Assembly: GCA_965238075.1 (NCBI GenBank)
Contig: OZ250173.1
Coordinates: 1,792,001-1,856,000 of the forward strand
DNA: 64,000 nucleotides
Reading direction: 5' to 3'
Origin: Candidatus Entotheonellaceae bacterium
GTDB lineage: Bacteria; Tectomicrobia; Entotheonellia; Entotheonellales; Entotheonellaceae
Shown here: positions 1 through 9,040 of the stretch, in pieces
Layout: every line of letters begins with the position of its first letter
Numbering within the stretch: the first letter of the stretch is position 1
Notes under the pieces: model-generated
The model's database searches: none
The model's input: only the letters and a program-made list of their open reading frames with translations
Told to the model about the DNA's origin: nothing
Program-made: the position numbers and the translations under genes

Positions 1-700
1 AGGCGTGCGCGACGCCGGTTTCGGCCTCACAAATGAAATCCCGCCGCGCGTAGGTCTTGGTGCGGTTGTAATAGTAGTATTCACTCAGCACTAGCTGGGG
101 GAAGCGCCCGGCAATGAAATTCCCGCCAACCCACCATTCCTGCATGCCATCCAGATCGGCAAAGAACGCCGGGGCGTAGACGTCGAGCAGCAGCGTGCCG
201 CCGGGGCGCAGGCTGCGGCTGATGCCCTTCAGCACGGCTTCCGCGTCCCGGCGCGGCATTTCCGTGAAGCACCCGAAGATGAAGATGACGAGGTGGAAGA
301 CGTTCTCGAACGGCAGGTGCCGCAGGTCGCCGTGCAACCACTCGACGTGCACCCCGGCGCGTTTGGTCCGCCGCCGGGCGGCGTTGATGGCGGCAGGGCC
401 CAAGTCGATACCCGTCACGACGGCGCCGCGTTTCGCCATGGCGATGCTGTGCCGGCCGCCACCACAGGCAAGATCGAGAATGCGGTGGCCGGGGGTCAGC
501 AGGCTGTTACGTTCCAGGAAAGCAATCTCTCGCTGCGTGTAGCGGCTTGAGCGGGTAGCAGTACGCAGGAAGTGGCGGCTGAAGTCGGCCTCGTGCCAAG
601 GCAACGAACCGACGTCGACGAACGGTTGCGGACGCGCTTTACGCGCGGCAATGGCCTGCAGGCCACACAGGAAGGCAGTGGGATCCCTCGGAATGGACAC
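1..700 (-). CDS. Class I SAM-dependent methyltransferase (3' end runs off window)
   Basis: Absent from the ORF track. Hand translation from GTG at 700 gives ILDLACGGGRH, VTGIDLG, GDLRHLPF and LRPGGTLLLD; the frame stays open to position 1. Confidence 0.85.
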   Translation of the reverse strand, partial: MSIPRDPTAFLCGLQAIAARKARPQPFVDVGSLPWHEADFSRHFLRTATRSSRYTQREIAFLERNSLLTPGHRILDLACGGGRHSIAMAKRGAVVTGIDLGPAAINAARRRTKRAGVHVEWLHGDLRHLPFENVFHLVIFIFGCFTEMPRRDAEAVLKGISRSLRPGGTLLLDVYAPAFFADLDGMQEWWVGGNFIAGRFPQLVLSEYYYYNRTKTYARRDFICEAETGVAHA

Positions 701-704
701 GCAG

Positions 705-1604
705 CTACGCGGCGCCCCCGGCTCCAGGGTCCTGGCGGCGCTGGCGCAAAAATTGCTGAATTTCTTCCACGATGACGTCCGTGTCCACTTTCGGCTGCTC
801 GGTCTGAGCCGCGTCGTAGGCCTGTTCGAGGCGCTTCACGTATTCCGCCAAGTCGGGATGGTTGTCCAGCTGCGCGTGCAAGGCGCCGTCGAGTTCGGCG
901 GCGTGCTCTTCGATCGGCTGCAAATCGACGGACAGGCGCCACATGCGGCGCAGCAGGTGCAGCATGGCCTGGGCGACGTGCGGATAGCTGCCCTCGATAT
1001 AGGTCGGCGTGCCGCCCCACAGGCTGATACCCTCGATGCCACGCTCCTGGCAGGCGGCCAGCAGGTAGGATTGGATGCCGGTCGGGCCCTCGTAATCGGT
1101 GAGTTCCACGTCGTGCGCCATGAGTTCCGGGCGCAGGGCGGCGTCCGTCACCACCGCCGAGATGCGCGGCGTGCGGGTATGAGGGGCGTGGTCGAGATAG
1201 CCGCCGATGGTGTACACCCGCTGCACCTGAAAGCGCTCCGCACAGGCGAGGATGGCTGCCACGTATTCCTGCCAGTGCAGATCGGGCTCCACGCCCTCCA
1301 GCAGGATGAGATCGTGTTCACCGTTCTGCGGGCACTGCCAGCTGTACAGCGTATTGGACGGAAAGCGCATGGACTCGATCAACCCCTGGTGGATGACCGT
1401 CGCAGGGCGGCTGGCCAGGGTGGGCGAAGCGTAGATGTAGAGGCCGTCGGAAACAATCTCGCCCAGGGGCTCCGTTGCCAGGTTGGATTGCAGGAATTCC
1501 ACCACCTCGGTGGACACCTCACCGCCGTTGGCCCAGCCGTCGAAACCGGCGAGCAGGTAAGGGGCCCGGAGGTCGGGCGTGTGGGTCAAGGCCAATCTGT
1601 TCAT
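705..1604 (-). CDS. PAC2 (proteasome assembly chaperone 2) family protein
   Basis: LLAGFDGWANGG, LLEGVEPDLHW, VYTIGGYLDHAPHTR, YEGPTGI, YVKRLEQ. Confidence 0.85.
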   Translation of the reverse strand: MNRLALTHTPDLRAPYLLAGFDGWANGGEVSTEVVEFLQSNLATEPLGEIVSDGLYIYASPTLASRPATVIHQGLIESMRFPSNTLYSWQCPQNGEHDLILLEGVEPDLHWQEYVAAILACAERFQVQRVYTIGGYLDHAPHTRTPRISAVVTDAALRPELMAHDVELTDYEGPTGIQSYLLAACQERGIEGISLWGGTPTYIEGSYPHVAQAMLHLLRRMWRLSVDLQPIEEHAAELDGALHAQLDNHPDLAEYVKRLEQAYDAAQTEQPKVDTDVIVEEIQQFLRQRRQDPGAGGAA

Positions 1605-1720
1605 GATCGCGCCTCGTCGTCTGTATTGTTGTGGTGATAAGCTGGAAATTCAGTGTGAGGGATGCCGCCAAGCATAGCGGCTTGCACCCAGCGAAGCAAC
1701 GCCGGGAATCCATCCTGCTC

Positions 1721-3082
1721 CTAGAAGTCCAATTTCCCCGGATTCATGATGCCGTTCGGGTCCAACTCCCTCTTTAGGCGCCGCAGGATCGACAATCCCT
1801 CGCCGTGTTCGCGACGCATGAGCGGCGCCAGGCGCAGCCCCACCCCGTGGCAATACTCCATTGCGCCGTCCGCATCCTGCGCCAGCTCAAGCAACTGCGC
1901 GTGCGCCTCGGCCATGGCCGCCACACCGCCGCCAGAGTACACCAGCGAAAACAGTCCGGCATGTGCCCACAGCCCGGTCTGGTGGACACGAAAACCCCGC
2001 GCTGCCAGCAGCTTCAAACTTTCGCGCCGGTAGGCCGGCACCGCGCTCGGCGGCAACGCCACGTGCACGTAGTCGATCTCCGGCCGACCGCGGCGTTCCC
2101 CGGCTCTTCGCGCCCTGGCATACGCATCCCCGCTGGCGTGACGTTGATCCCAGAAGCGTTGCACCTCGGACAGATCGAGCGCTTGGCCGCCGCTTTGCAG
2201 GCAAACCTCCCGCCCTACCTGCGACTCGGCATGGGCGACGGCCTCCGGTCCTTCGTAACTGACGTACAAAGCCGTCGGCGGGTCGTGTTCGGCGCTCGGG
2301 TCGTCATCGCCGTATTCCAGCAGTCCGGGCCGGATACCCGCTTGCAGCAGGGCATTGATGGCCTCAAAGCCAGCGGCAAAATCATCGAACCCCCAGCCTT
2401 CCAGCAGCCGCGTCTGCGGAGTGGGGAACAGCCGCAGGGTGGCGCGCGTGACCACTCCGAAGCAGCCCTCGGCGCCGATGAGCAGGCGATGCAGGCCCGG
2501 ACCGGTGGAGGCTTTCTCCACCGCCCGCGTGGTGATAATCTCGCCGGTCGGCGTGACCGCTTCCAGCCCCAGGACCTGATCGCCCATGGCGCCGTACTTG
2601 CCGCCGAGGTAGCCCAGACTGTTGGTGGCGATCGTGCCGCCCACCGTGGCCACCGAAACCGTCCACGGATCGTGCCCGCACGTCAGGCCGTGGGGCTTGG
2701 CCGCCGCGTTCAACGCCGCAATCGTCGCCCCGGCGCCGGCCTCCGCCGTGCGGTCCACCGGACGGATCCGCACCTCCGTCAGCCGGCACAGATCAAGCAC
2801 CACCCCCGGCGTCACCGTCGCCGCCCCGCCCATCAAGCCGCTGCCGCCGCCCAGCGGAATCACCGGCACCCGGTGCGTATTGGCCAGCCGCACCACCTCC
2901 TGCACCTCCGCCGTGCTCCGGGGACTCACGACGCACAGGGGCCTTGCCGACTCGGTACCGGCCGGCAGCCGCGACGGGTGCATGGCATCGCACGCCAGCA
3001 GGGTCAGCGACGCCTCATCCGTGCGGATGCGGGACGGGTCGAGCGACGCCATCATGGCGTTCAGCAGATCGGATTTCGACAT
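1721..3082 (-). CDS. FAD-binding oxidoreductase, GlcD/D-lactate dehydrogenase-like
   Basis: PLGGGSGLMGG, TVGGTIATN, GAEGCFGVVT, HGVG, LDPNGIMNPGK. Confidence 0.9.
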   Translation of the reverse strand: MSKSDLLNAMMASLDPSRIRTDEASLTLLACDAMHPSRLPAGTESARPLCVVSPRSTAEVQEVVRLANTHRVPVIPLGGGSGLMGGAATVTPGVVLDLCRLTEVRIRPVDRTAEAGAGATIAALNAAAKPHGLTCGHDPWTVSVATVGGTIATNSLGYLGGKYGAMGDQVLGLEAVTPTGEIITTRAVEKASTGPGLHRLLIGAEGCFGVVTRATLRLFPTPQTRLLEGWGFDDFAAGFEAINALLQAGIRPGLLEYGDDDPSAEHDPPTALYVSYEGPEAVAHAESQVGREVCLQSGGQALDLSEVQRFWDQRHASGDAYARARRAGERRGRPEIDYVHVALPPSAVPAYRRESLKLLAARGFRVHQTGLWAHAGLFSLVYSGGGVAAMAEAHAQLLELAQDADGAMEYCHGVGLRLAPLMRREHGEGLSILRRLKRELDPNGIMNPGKLDF

Positions 3083-3292
3083 GGGCGGTTCACTTCCTCA
3101 TTCATGTGGAGGCAACGGCGGCAGAAGGTCGGGAACGCACGGCATCCTAGCAACCCGTCCCCGCAGCGTCCAGACAGCGGCGGCATCATTGCCCGTCCCA
3201 TGCGCGGTTGTAGAACCTTCCGGCTATGCGTATAGTGTTGGATTCATTCAAAAAACGTTCAGGCAGGGTTGCGACAGACGAGAGGGCGATTG

Positions 3293-4246
3293 ATGTCACA
3301 GGACATATTGGCGTGGGTGGCATTCAACATCTTCATTTTGGTCATGCTGGCGCTGGACTTGGGCGTATTCCATCGCCGCCAGCACGTCGTCGGGGTCCGC
3401 GAGGCGTTGCTGTGGAGCGCGCTGTGGATCACCCTGGCCCTGGTGTTCAACGCGGGTCTGTACGTCTTCGAAGGGCCGGAGGCGGCGCTGACGTTCTTCA
3501 CCGGATACCTGCTCGAAAAGTCGCTCAGCGTTGACAACCTGTTCGTTTTCCTGCTGATCTTTACGTACTTCGGCGTGCCCCGCCTCTACCAGCACAAGGT
3601 GCTGTTCTGGGGCATCCTGGGCGCCCTGGTCATGCGCGCCGCCATGATCGCCGTGGGCGTCACACTGATCCATCACTTCCATTGGATTCTCTATGTCTTC
3701 GGCGGTTTTCTGGTCATCACCGGGGTGCGCATGGCGATGCAGGGCGACGAGGAAATTCACCCGGATAAGAACCCATTGGTGCGGCTGTTCACCCGCTTCT
3801 TCCCGGTTACCACGTCCTACCACGAAGCGAAGTTCTTCGTGCGGCTCGACGGGCGCCTCCTTGCCACGCCGCTGTTGATCGTCGTGCTGGTCGTGGAAAC
3901 CACCGACGTGGTCTTTGCCCTCGACTCCATTCCGGCCATTTTCGCCGTCACCACCGACCCGTTCATCGTCTACACCTCCAACATCTTCGCCATCCTCGGC
4001 CTGCGCGCCCTTTATTTCGCCCTCGCCGGCGTCATGGGCTTCTTCCACTTCCTTAAATACGGCCTTTCCTTCGTCCTCGTCTTCATCGGTATCAAGATGA
4101 TTATCGCCGACTTCTACAAAATCCCCGTCCACTGGGCGCTCATCGTGGTCGCCGCCCTCCTGCTCCTGTCCGTCCTCGCCTCCCTCATCTGGCCGCCTGC
4201 CCCCGAGGACCAGACCGAGAGTGAACAGGTGGAGGTGACGGATTAG
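3293..4246 (+). CDS. TerC/Alx family membrane protein
   Basis: GYLLEKSLSVDNLFVF, ETTDVVFALDSIPAIFAVT, TSNIFAILGLR; ATG at 3293. Confidence 0.93.
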   Translation: MSQDILAWVAFNIFILVMLALDLGVFHRRQHVVGVREALLWSALWITLALVFNAGLYVFEGPEAALTFFTGYLLEKSLSVDNLFVFLLIFTYFGVPRLYQHKVLFWGILGALVMRAAMIAVGVTLIHHFHWILYVFGGFLVITGVRMAMQGDEEIHPDKNPLVRLFTRFFPVTTSYHEAKFFVRLDGRLLATPLLIVVLVVETTDVVFALDSIPAIFAVTTDPFIVYTSNIFAILGLRALYFALAGVMGFFHFLKYGLSFVLVFIGIKMIIADFYKIPVHWALIVVAALLLLSVLASLIWPPAPEDQTESEQVEVTD

Positions 4247-4301
4247 ACGATGGCCGATGAGCTTGGCCCAACGAGCACAGGCGCCCGGAAGGACCTTTAT
4301 C

Positions 4302-4493
4302 ATGTCCGATAATCAGGCACGATTCATCGTGAATGCCGCAGGAAAAAAAACGGGTGTGCTGCTTTCGATGAGGCAATACGAAAAATTGATGGCGGACCTG
4401 CATGACTTGGCCGTCATTGCGGCACGTCGAGAAGAGGAACCGATACCGCTTGAAGAAGTGAAACGGCGCTTGCAACAAGATGGCCTTCTATGA
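4302..4493 (+). CDS. Small antitoxin of a RelE/ParE-type module
   Basis: 63 aa (GKKTGVLL...DLHDLAVIAARREEEPIPLEEVK); overlaps the toxin start. Confidence 0.7.
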   Translation: MSDNQARFIVNAAGKKTGVLLSMRQYEKLMADLHDLAVIAARREEEPIPLEEVKRRLQQDGLL

Positions 4494-4747
4494 AGTTGTT
4501 CTCAAACTCTCGGCCGAGAAAGAGCTAAGGGCCTTAACCTAAGCCGGTCCGAGCGAGGATTTTGACACGTCTTGAGCACTTGAGAAGGGAGCCTATGCCG
4601 CGGCTGGCGGTGAAATTGGCTGGTGGGGAAGGAAGGTATCGGGTGCGTGTGGGTGATTACCGCATCATCTATGGCGTGGATACCCAAATTCGTCAAATTA
4701 CAGTGCATTACATACGACACCGGGGCGATGCCTATCGCAGCTTGTAA
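4480..4747 (+). pseudogene. RelE/ParE toxin with a +1 frameshift
   Basis: MAFYEVVLKLSAEKELRAL, then one extra A at ~4536-4537; the other frame continues PKPVRARIL...KLAGGEGRYRVRVGDYRIIY...IRHRGDAYR. Confidence 0.85.
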
Positions 4748-4814
4748 ATCCCTTCACAGCGCACCACAGTCGGACGACGCTCCGGTTGTACAACACAAAG
4801 GCTGATAATCGCAT

Positions 4815-5774
4815 ATGAAACATAAAGTTGCATGGCTGCTAAGCGGCCTGGGAATTATGGTGCTGGGCGCTTTGCTGTGCCTGGCGGGGACCGTGGCGGC
4901 GCGGCACGGCGACATTCTGGAACGGGCCGCAGCCTTGGCCGAAACGGGCGACACCGCTGAGGCGTTGTCCGCCTTGCAGGCTGCCGAAGCTCAATATGAA
5001 AAGACGTTCTGGGGAATTCCGCAGGGGCCGCTGCTGAACGCGTTATCGTGCCTGGGCTTCAGCCAGCGCGCCGACATCCGGCTGCGCCTCGCCGAGATGT
5101 CGTACCGCGACGGCGAGCGCCTGCTGGGTGCGTACGCCCGAGCGCGCTTGGCGGCCGATTCGGGGGACTCGCGCAACGGCGCCACGGCGGGAACACCGAG
5201 CCTGGACGACGTGAAACAGCAATTCAGCGCCGCAGTGACGCAATACAAGGACGTACAGGGGCTCACCCGGGACCCGTACCGGTTGTTCACCGCCCGCGCC
5301 AACGGTGCCCGGGCCATGACGCAATTCTTCCTGGTACAGGGCTTTCTGGGCGAAAAACAGCGCGATCAGGCGGGCTTGAAGCAGGGCCTGATGCGCGCCG
5401 TCAAGCTGCTCCAGGAAGCCCTCGACGCCCTGTACACCGACGCGGTGCGAGTGTCGTCTGCCGAGGAGCGGAGCCTCGTGCTACTGCTGGAGGCGTTGAC
5501 CCGTTTTGAGCGCCGCCCGGACGTGGAGGCGGACGAGCGCCGACGCCTGGCGCAGTTCTTCCGCGACACCGAGTTCGAGCCGGACGTGGCACCGCTCGGC
5601 GAAATCCTGCGCTCGACCAACTCGCAGGCGCTGTCCCGCGCGGAGAGCAGCATGCGCGAATTCCTCCTCAACCAGAGTCCCAACTCGGCCCTGCGCGAAA
5701 ACGAGCGCGACCCCAGCGGTTCCCGCAGCGGCAAGGGCAGCGCCGATTCCGGTAGCGAGGGCGGCACGCACTGA
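4815..5774 (+). CDS. Membrane-anchored helical (TPR-like) hypothetical protein
   Basis: 319-aa ORF with an N-terminal hydrophobic helix, helical body and G/S-rich tail; lies 1 bp upstream of the vWA gene. Confidence 0.65.
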   Translation: MKHKVAWLLSGLGIMVLGALLCLAGTVAARHGDILERAAALAETGDTAEALSALQAAEAQYEKTFWGIPQGPLLNALSCLGFSQRADIRLRLAEMSYRDGERLLGAYARARLAADSGDSRNGATAGTPSLDDVKQQFSAAVTQYKDVQGLTRDPYRLFTARANGARAMTQFFLVQGFLGEKQRDQAGLKQGLMRAVKLLQEALDALYTDAVRVSSAEERSLVLLLEALTRFERRPDVEADERRRLAQFFRDTEFEPDVAPLGEILRSTNSQALSRAESSMREFLLNQSPNSALRENERDPSGSRSGKGSADSGSEGGTH

Positions 5775-5775
5775 C

Positions 5776-6813
5776 ATGCAGTGGGAATATCCGTGGGTTC
5801 TGACCGGCTTGCTGGCGGTGCCGGGGCTGGCATATCTGTTCGGGGTGCTGTGGCGGCAGAAGACGGCTTTTCGTGAGGCGTGGAGCCAGCTGCCCTACAC
5901 GCGGGCGCAGAGCATGCCGCCCGCCGCCGCGCGCCACCACCTCAGCACCGCGCTGTTCCTGCTCGGCTTCGCCCTCAGCGTGGCCGGGTTCGCCTCGCCC
6001 ATGCTGCAGCGCACGGCGTGGGAACCCTTCTGGGAGAACGTGGCCTTGGTGGTCATGATGGATTTCTCCCGCAGTATGGAAGCGCCGCGCGACCCCGACG
6101 AACTGAACGCTCCCAGCCGCTTCATCGAAACCCGCCAAAACATCCTCGGCTTCCTGTCCGACCTGCCGCCGGGGGTCAAAGTCAGCTTCGTGCCGTTCTC
6201 CGAATACGCCATCCCGATCACCAGCGGCTTCAGCGACGACCACGGCGAGCTGGTCGCCAAGGTGCGCCGCCTGCAGCGCGATTTCTTCTACAAACAGGGC
6301 ACCGACCTCGCCCTCGCCCTCCAGGAAGGCTTCAATCTGGCCGACGCCTTTGCGCAACTGCACGCCGACAACGGTGCCGGGCGGCCGCCGGTCACCTCGA
6401 TCATCCTCATCAGCGACGGCGACGAGCCGATCAACGACGACCTGCGCAGAGCGGTCGACGAGCGCAACGGAAACCCGGTCCCCGTCTTCACCATCGGCGT
6501 CGGTTCCGCCACCCCGGCCTACATCCCGGATGACGAGTCGCCGGTCGGCTACCTGCTCGACGACCACCAGCAGCCCGTCACCACCGCCCTCAACACGGAA
6601 ACCCTGCGCTTCATCGCCGACAAGACCGGCGGCGCCTATCACACCTTCGCCGAACGCGGCGAGTTAGTGGCGGCGCTGCAGGACATCATTCGGGAACAGG
6701 GCGTGCGCAGCCAGCGACCATACACGTACCTGTTTCCGCTGCGGGGATTCCTGTTTTTCGCGGCGTTTGTGGCGCTGGTAGCGGCGTGGCGGGTCGGGGA
6801 TTGGCAGCCGTAG
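5776..6813 (+). CDS. vWA domain membrane protein
   Basis: MIDAS motif DFSRSM, GTDL, ILISDGD, VFTIGVG, LRFIADKTGGAY; TM helices at both ends. Confidence 0.9.
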   Translation: MQWEYPWVLTGLLAVPGLAYLFGVLWRQKTAFREAWSQLPYTRAQSMPPAAARHHLSTALFLLGFALSVAGFASPMLQRTAWEPFWENVALVVMMDFSRSMEAPRDPDELNAPSRFIETRQNILGFLSDLPPGVKVSFVPFSEYAIPITSGFSDDHGELVAKVRRLQRDFFYKQGTDLALALQEGFNLADAFAQLHADNGAGRPPVTSIILISDGDEPINDDLRRAVDERNGNPVPVFTIGVGSATPAYIPDDESPVGYLLDDHQQPVTTALNTETLRFIADKTGGAYHTFAERGELVAALQDIIREQGVRSQRPYTYLFPLRGFLFFAAFVALVAAWRVGDWQP

Positions 6814-6834
6814 GGGCGGGCTGAGCACCCGCCC
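6810..6834. repeat. GTAG-led GC hairpin (REP-like, possible terminator) between convergent genes
   Basis: GTAG GGGCGGG ctgagca CCCGCCC. Confidence 0.45.
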
Positions 6835-6841
6835 ACCGGCC

Positions 6842-7855
6842 TTAGGCGACGGAGAACGACGGAGCGTTCTGGGGGGGAATGATCTGGTCCGGGGTCAACT
6901 CCACGGCGTCCTTCTGGTACACCTGGATGCGGTGCGGCCCGCAGTCCGCGACGTACATGCGCCCCTCGTCGTCGAGCCGCACGGAGGCGGGGCCGCGGAA
7001 GCGCTTCTGCGGCTCAAGGTTGGCCATCTCGCGCTGGCGCAGAGGCTTGGGGTTGGCCAGCACGTAAGCCCGGCCCATCTTCGACAGCGTCGCGTCCCCA
7101 TAGAACTGCTCGACGTACCTGCCGTCCGCATCGAACAACTGCACGCGGTTGTTGCCCCAATCGGCCACGTAGATGTCGCCGTGCCCGTCAACGGCGATGC
7201 CGGTGGGCCGGTTGAACTGCCCGTCGCCGCTGCCCGGTGAGCCGAACATGGCGATAAACCCGCCGTCGGCGTCGAACTTCTGCACGCGGTCGTTGCGCCA
7301 ATCGACGACGTACACCGCGCCCTCATCATCTACCGTAATGCCCCACGGCATGTTGAACTCGCCCTCGCCGCTGCCGAAGCTGCCCCATTGCTTGCGGAAG
7401 CCGCCGTCCTTGCTGTACTGCTGGATGCGGTGGTTCAGCGTATCGACCACGTACAGGTTGCCCTCCGGGTCGAAGGCCATGCCCGACGGGCGGTTGAACT
7501 GCCCGGCGCCGGCGCCGGGCTCGCCCCACTTGCCCAGGTAGTCGCCGGCGGTGCTGAACATCGAAACACAGTGGCGCCCCTCGTCGGAGACGTACAACGT
7601 GTCGTCGCCGTCCAGCAGGATGTTCGCCGGCCACAGCAGCTTGCCGTCGGCGTTGCCCGGACCGCTGATGACGTCGAGGTCCTCGTCGTCCCAGCTGAGG
7701 CGGCGGATATCGACCGTCAGCGAGCCGCGGCACAGGACGTAGAGCCGTCCTTCGCGGCCAATCGCCAGATCGACCGGATTCGACGTGACGCGGCGCATGC
7801 CGAGGCTCTTGATGTAGGGGAACCCGGCACGAAGTAATGCGTATGCTCTCGGCAT
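6842..7855 (-). CDS. NHL-repeat beta-propeller protein
   Basis: Repeated GxGxGQFNxPxGxAxD...YVxDxxNxRVQxF units. Confidence 0.93.
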   Translation of the reverse strand: MPRAYALLRAGFPYIKSLGMRRVTSNPVDLAIGREGRLYVLCRGSLTVDIRRLSWDDEDLDVISGPGNADGKLLWPANILLDGDDTLYVSDEGRHCVSMFSTAGDYLGKWGEPGAGAGQFNRPSGMAFDPEGNLYVVDTLNHRIQQYSKDGGFRKQWGSFGSGEGEFNMPWGITVDDEGAVYVVDWRNDRVQKFDADGGFIAMFGSPGSGDGQFNRPTGIAVDGHGDIYVADWGNNRVQLFDADGRYVEQFYGDATLSKMGRAYVLANPKPLRQREMANLEPQKRFRGPASVRLDDEGRMYVADCGPHRIQVYQKDAVELTPDQIIPPQNAPSFSVA

Positions 7856-7873
7856 TCTCGACTCCTTATCGGT

Positions 7874-9019
7874 TCACTGGCCATTGCTTTTGAACGGTTT
7901 CAGCTGCTCGAAGGTGCCGCCGACGAATTCGGTGGCGCCCATGCCCACCCACTGCTCCAGCATGGTGGCGTAGATGCCGCGGAAGTCGATGGTGTGGCGC
8001 ATGTCTTCGCCGTAGAGCCATTGCGCCGCATCCAGCGACGGGTATTCGGCGTACAGGCCGCCGGCCACCCGGTCGCCGATGATGAAGGCGCCGCCGCCGG
8101 AGCCGTGATCGGTGCCGCTGGCGTTGTCCTTGATGCGCCGGCCGAATTCGGTGAACACCAGAATCGCCACCTCGTCCGAGGCGTCGTGCTCGCGCAGGTC
8201 CTGCATGAAATCGCGCAGCGCGCCGGTGAACTCGCTCAGCAGCCGCGGGTGCACCGCCGCCTGCGTGGCGTGGGTGTCGTAGCCGCCGTGCTGGGTGTAG
8301 AAAATGCGCGCGCCCAGGCCGGCGGTGTGCACGCGGGCGACGTCCCGCAGGCTCTTGGCGATCGGGTTGTCGGCGTACTGCACGGTGGATTCGTACATCG
8401 CCGGCGCCTGCTTGATGATGTCGGCGCCGGTCAGCACGTCGAGGCCGGTTTGCGCCAGGTAATCCATCACCCCGCCGCCGTCCGTGCCTGGGGCGTACAT
8501 GGTCTGGAAGCTCTGCAGCGCCGCCTGGCGCTCCGTCGCTTCGCCGATGCCGCCCAGGAGGCCGTAGGTGTCGAGGTCGGCAACCGACGTCACCGGCACC
8601 CCGGCGGCCGCCATGGCACGCGGCAGGCCGCGTCCGAAGCTGACGCCCGTCAGCACATTTTCCTTGTTCGGGTCGAGGTCCCGCAGCACCTTGCCGAGCC
8701 AGCCTTCGAGCACCAGCCGATCCGGTTCGCAGGTGTGCCAGATGTCCATGCCGCGGAAGTGCGAGCGGTTGGAATCCGGGTAGCCGATGCCCTGCACGAC
8801 GGCCACCACACCCTCTTCGTACAGGTCCTTCAGCGCCTCGGCGTTGGGGTGAAAGCCGAGGGTGTCGTTCAGCGGCAGAACCTGCTCCTGCGGCACGCTC
8901 AGCGTCGGGCGGGCGTCGTAGTAGTTGCCGTTGGTGTAGGGAACGATGGTGTTCATGAAGTCATTGCCGCCCGACAACTGCACGACGACCAACACGGGCG
9001 CTTTACCGTTTCCTGCCAT
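7874..9019 (-). CDS. DUF1501 family protein
   Basis: VVVQLSGGNDFMNT, NRSHFRGMDIW, GGYDTH, TEFGRR, GTDHG. Confidence 0.92.
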   Translation of the reverse strand: MAGNGKAPVLVVVQLSGGNDFMNTIVPYTNGNYYDARPTLSVPQEQVLPLNDTLGFHPNAEALKDLYEEGVVAVVQGIGYPDSNRSHFRGMDIWHTCEPDRLVLEGWLGKVLRDLDPNKENVLTGVSFGRGLPRAMAAAGVPVTSVADLDTYGLLGGIGEATERQAALQSFQTMYAPGTDGGGVMDYLAQTGLDVLTGADIIKQAPAMYESTVQYADNPIAKSLRDVARVHTAGLGARIFYTQHGGYDTHATQAAVHPRLLSEFTGALRDFMQDLREHDASDEVAILVFTEFGRRIKDNASGTDHGSGGGAFIIGDRVAGGLYAEYPSLDAAQWLYGEDMRHTIDFRGIYATMLEQWVGMGATEFVGGTFEQLKPFKSNGQ

Positions 9020-9040
9020 GCTTCGGATCTCCTTCATTCA

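Noticed and set aside
3083-3292. yybP-ykoY manganese riboswitch upstream of the terC/alx-like gene
   Set aside because: The conserved GGGGAGUAGC and GAGACC elements are not visible; an Rfam scan would be needed to exclude a divergent form.
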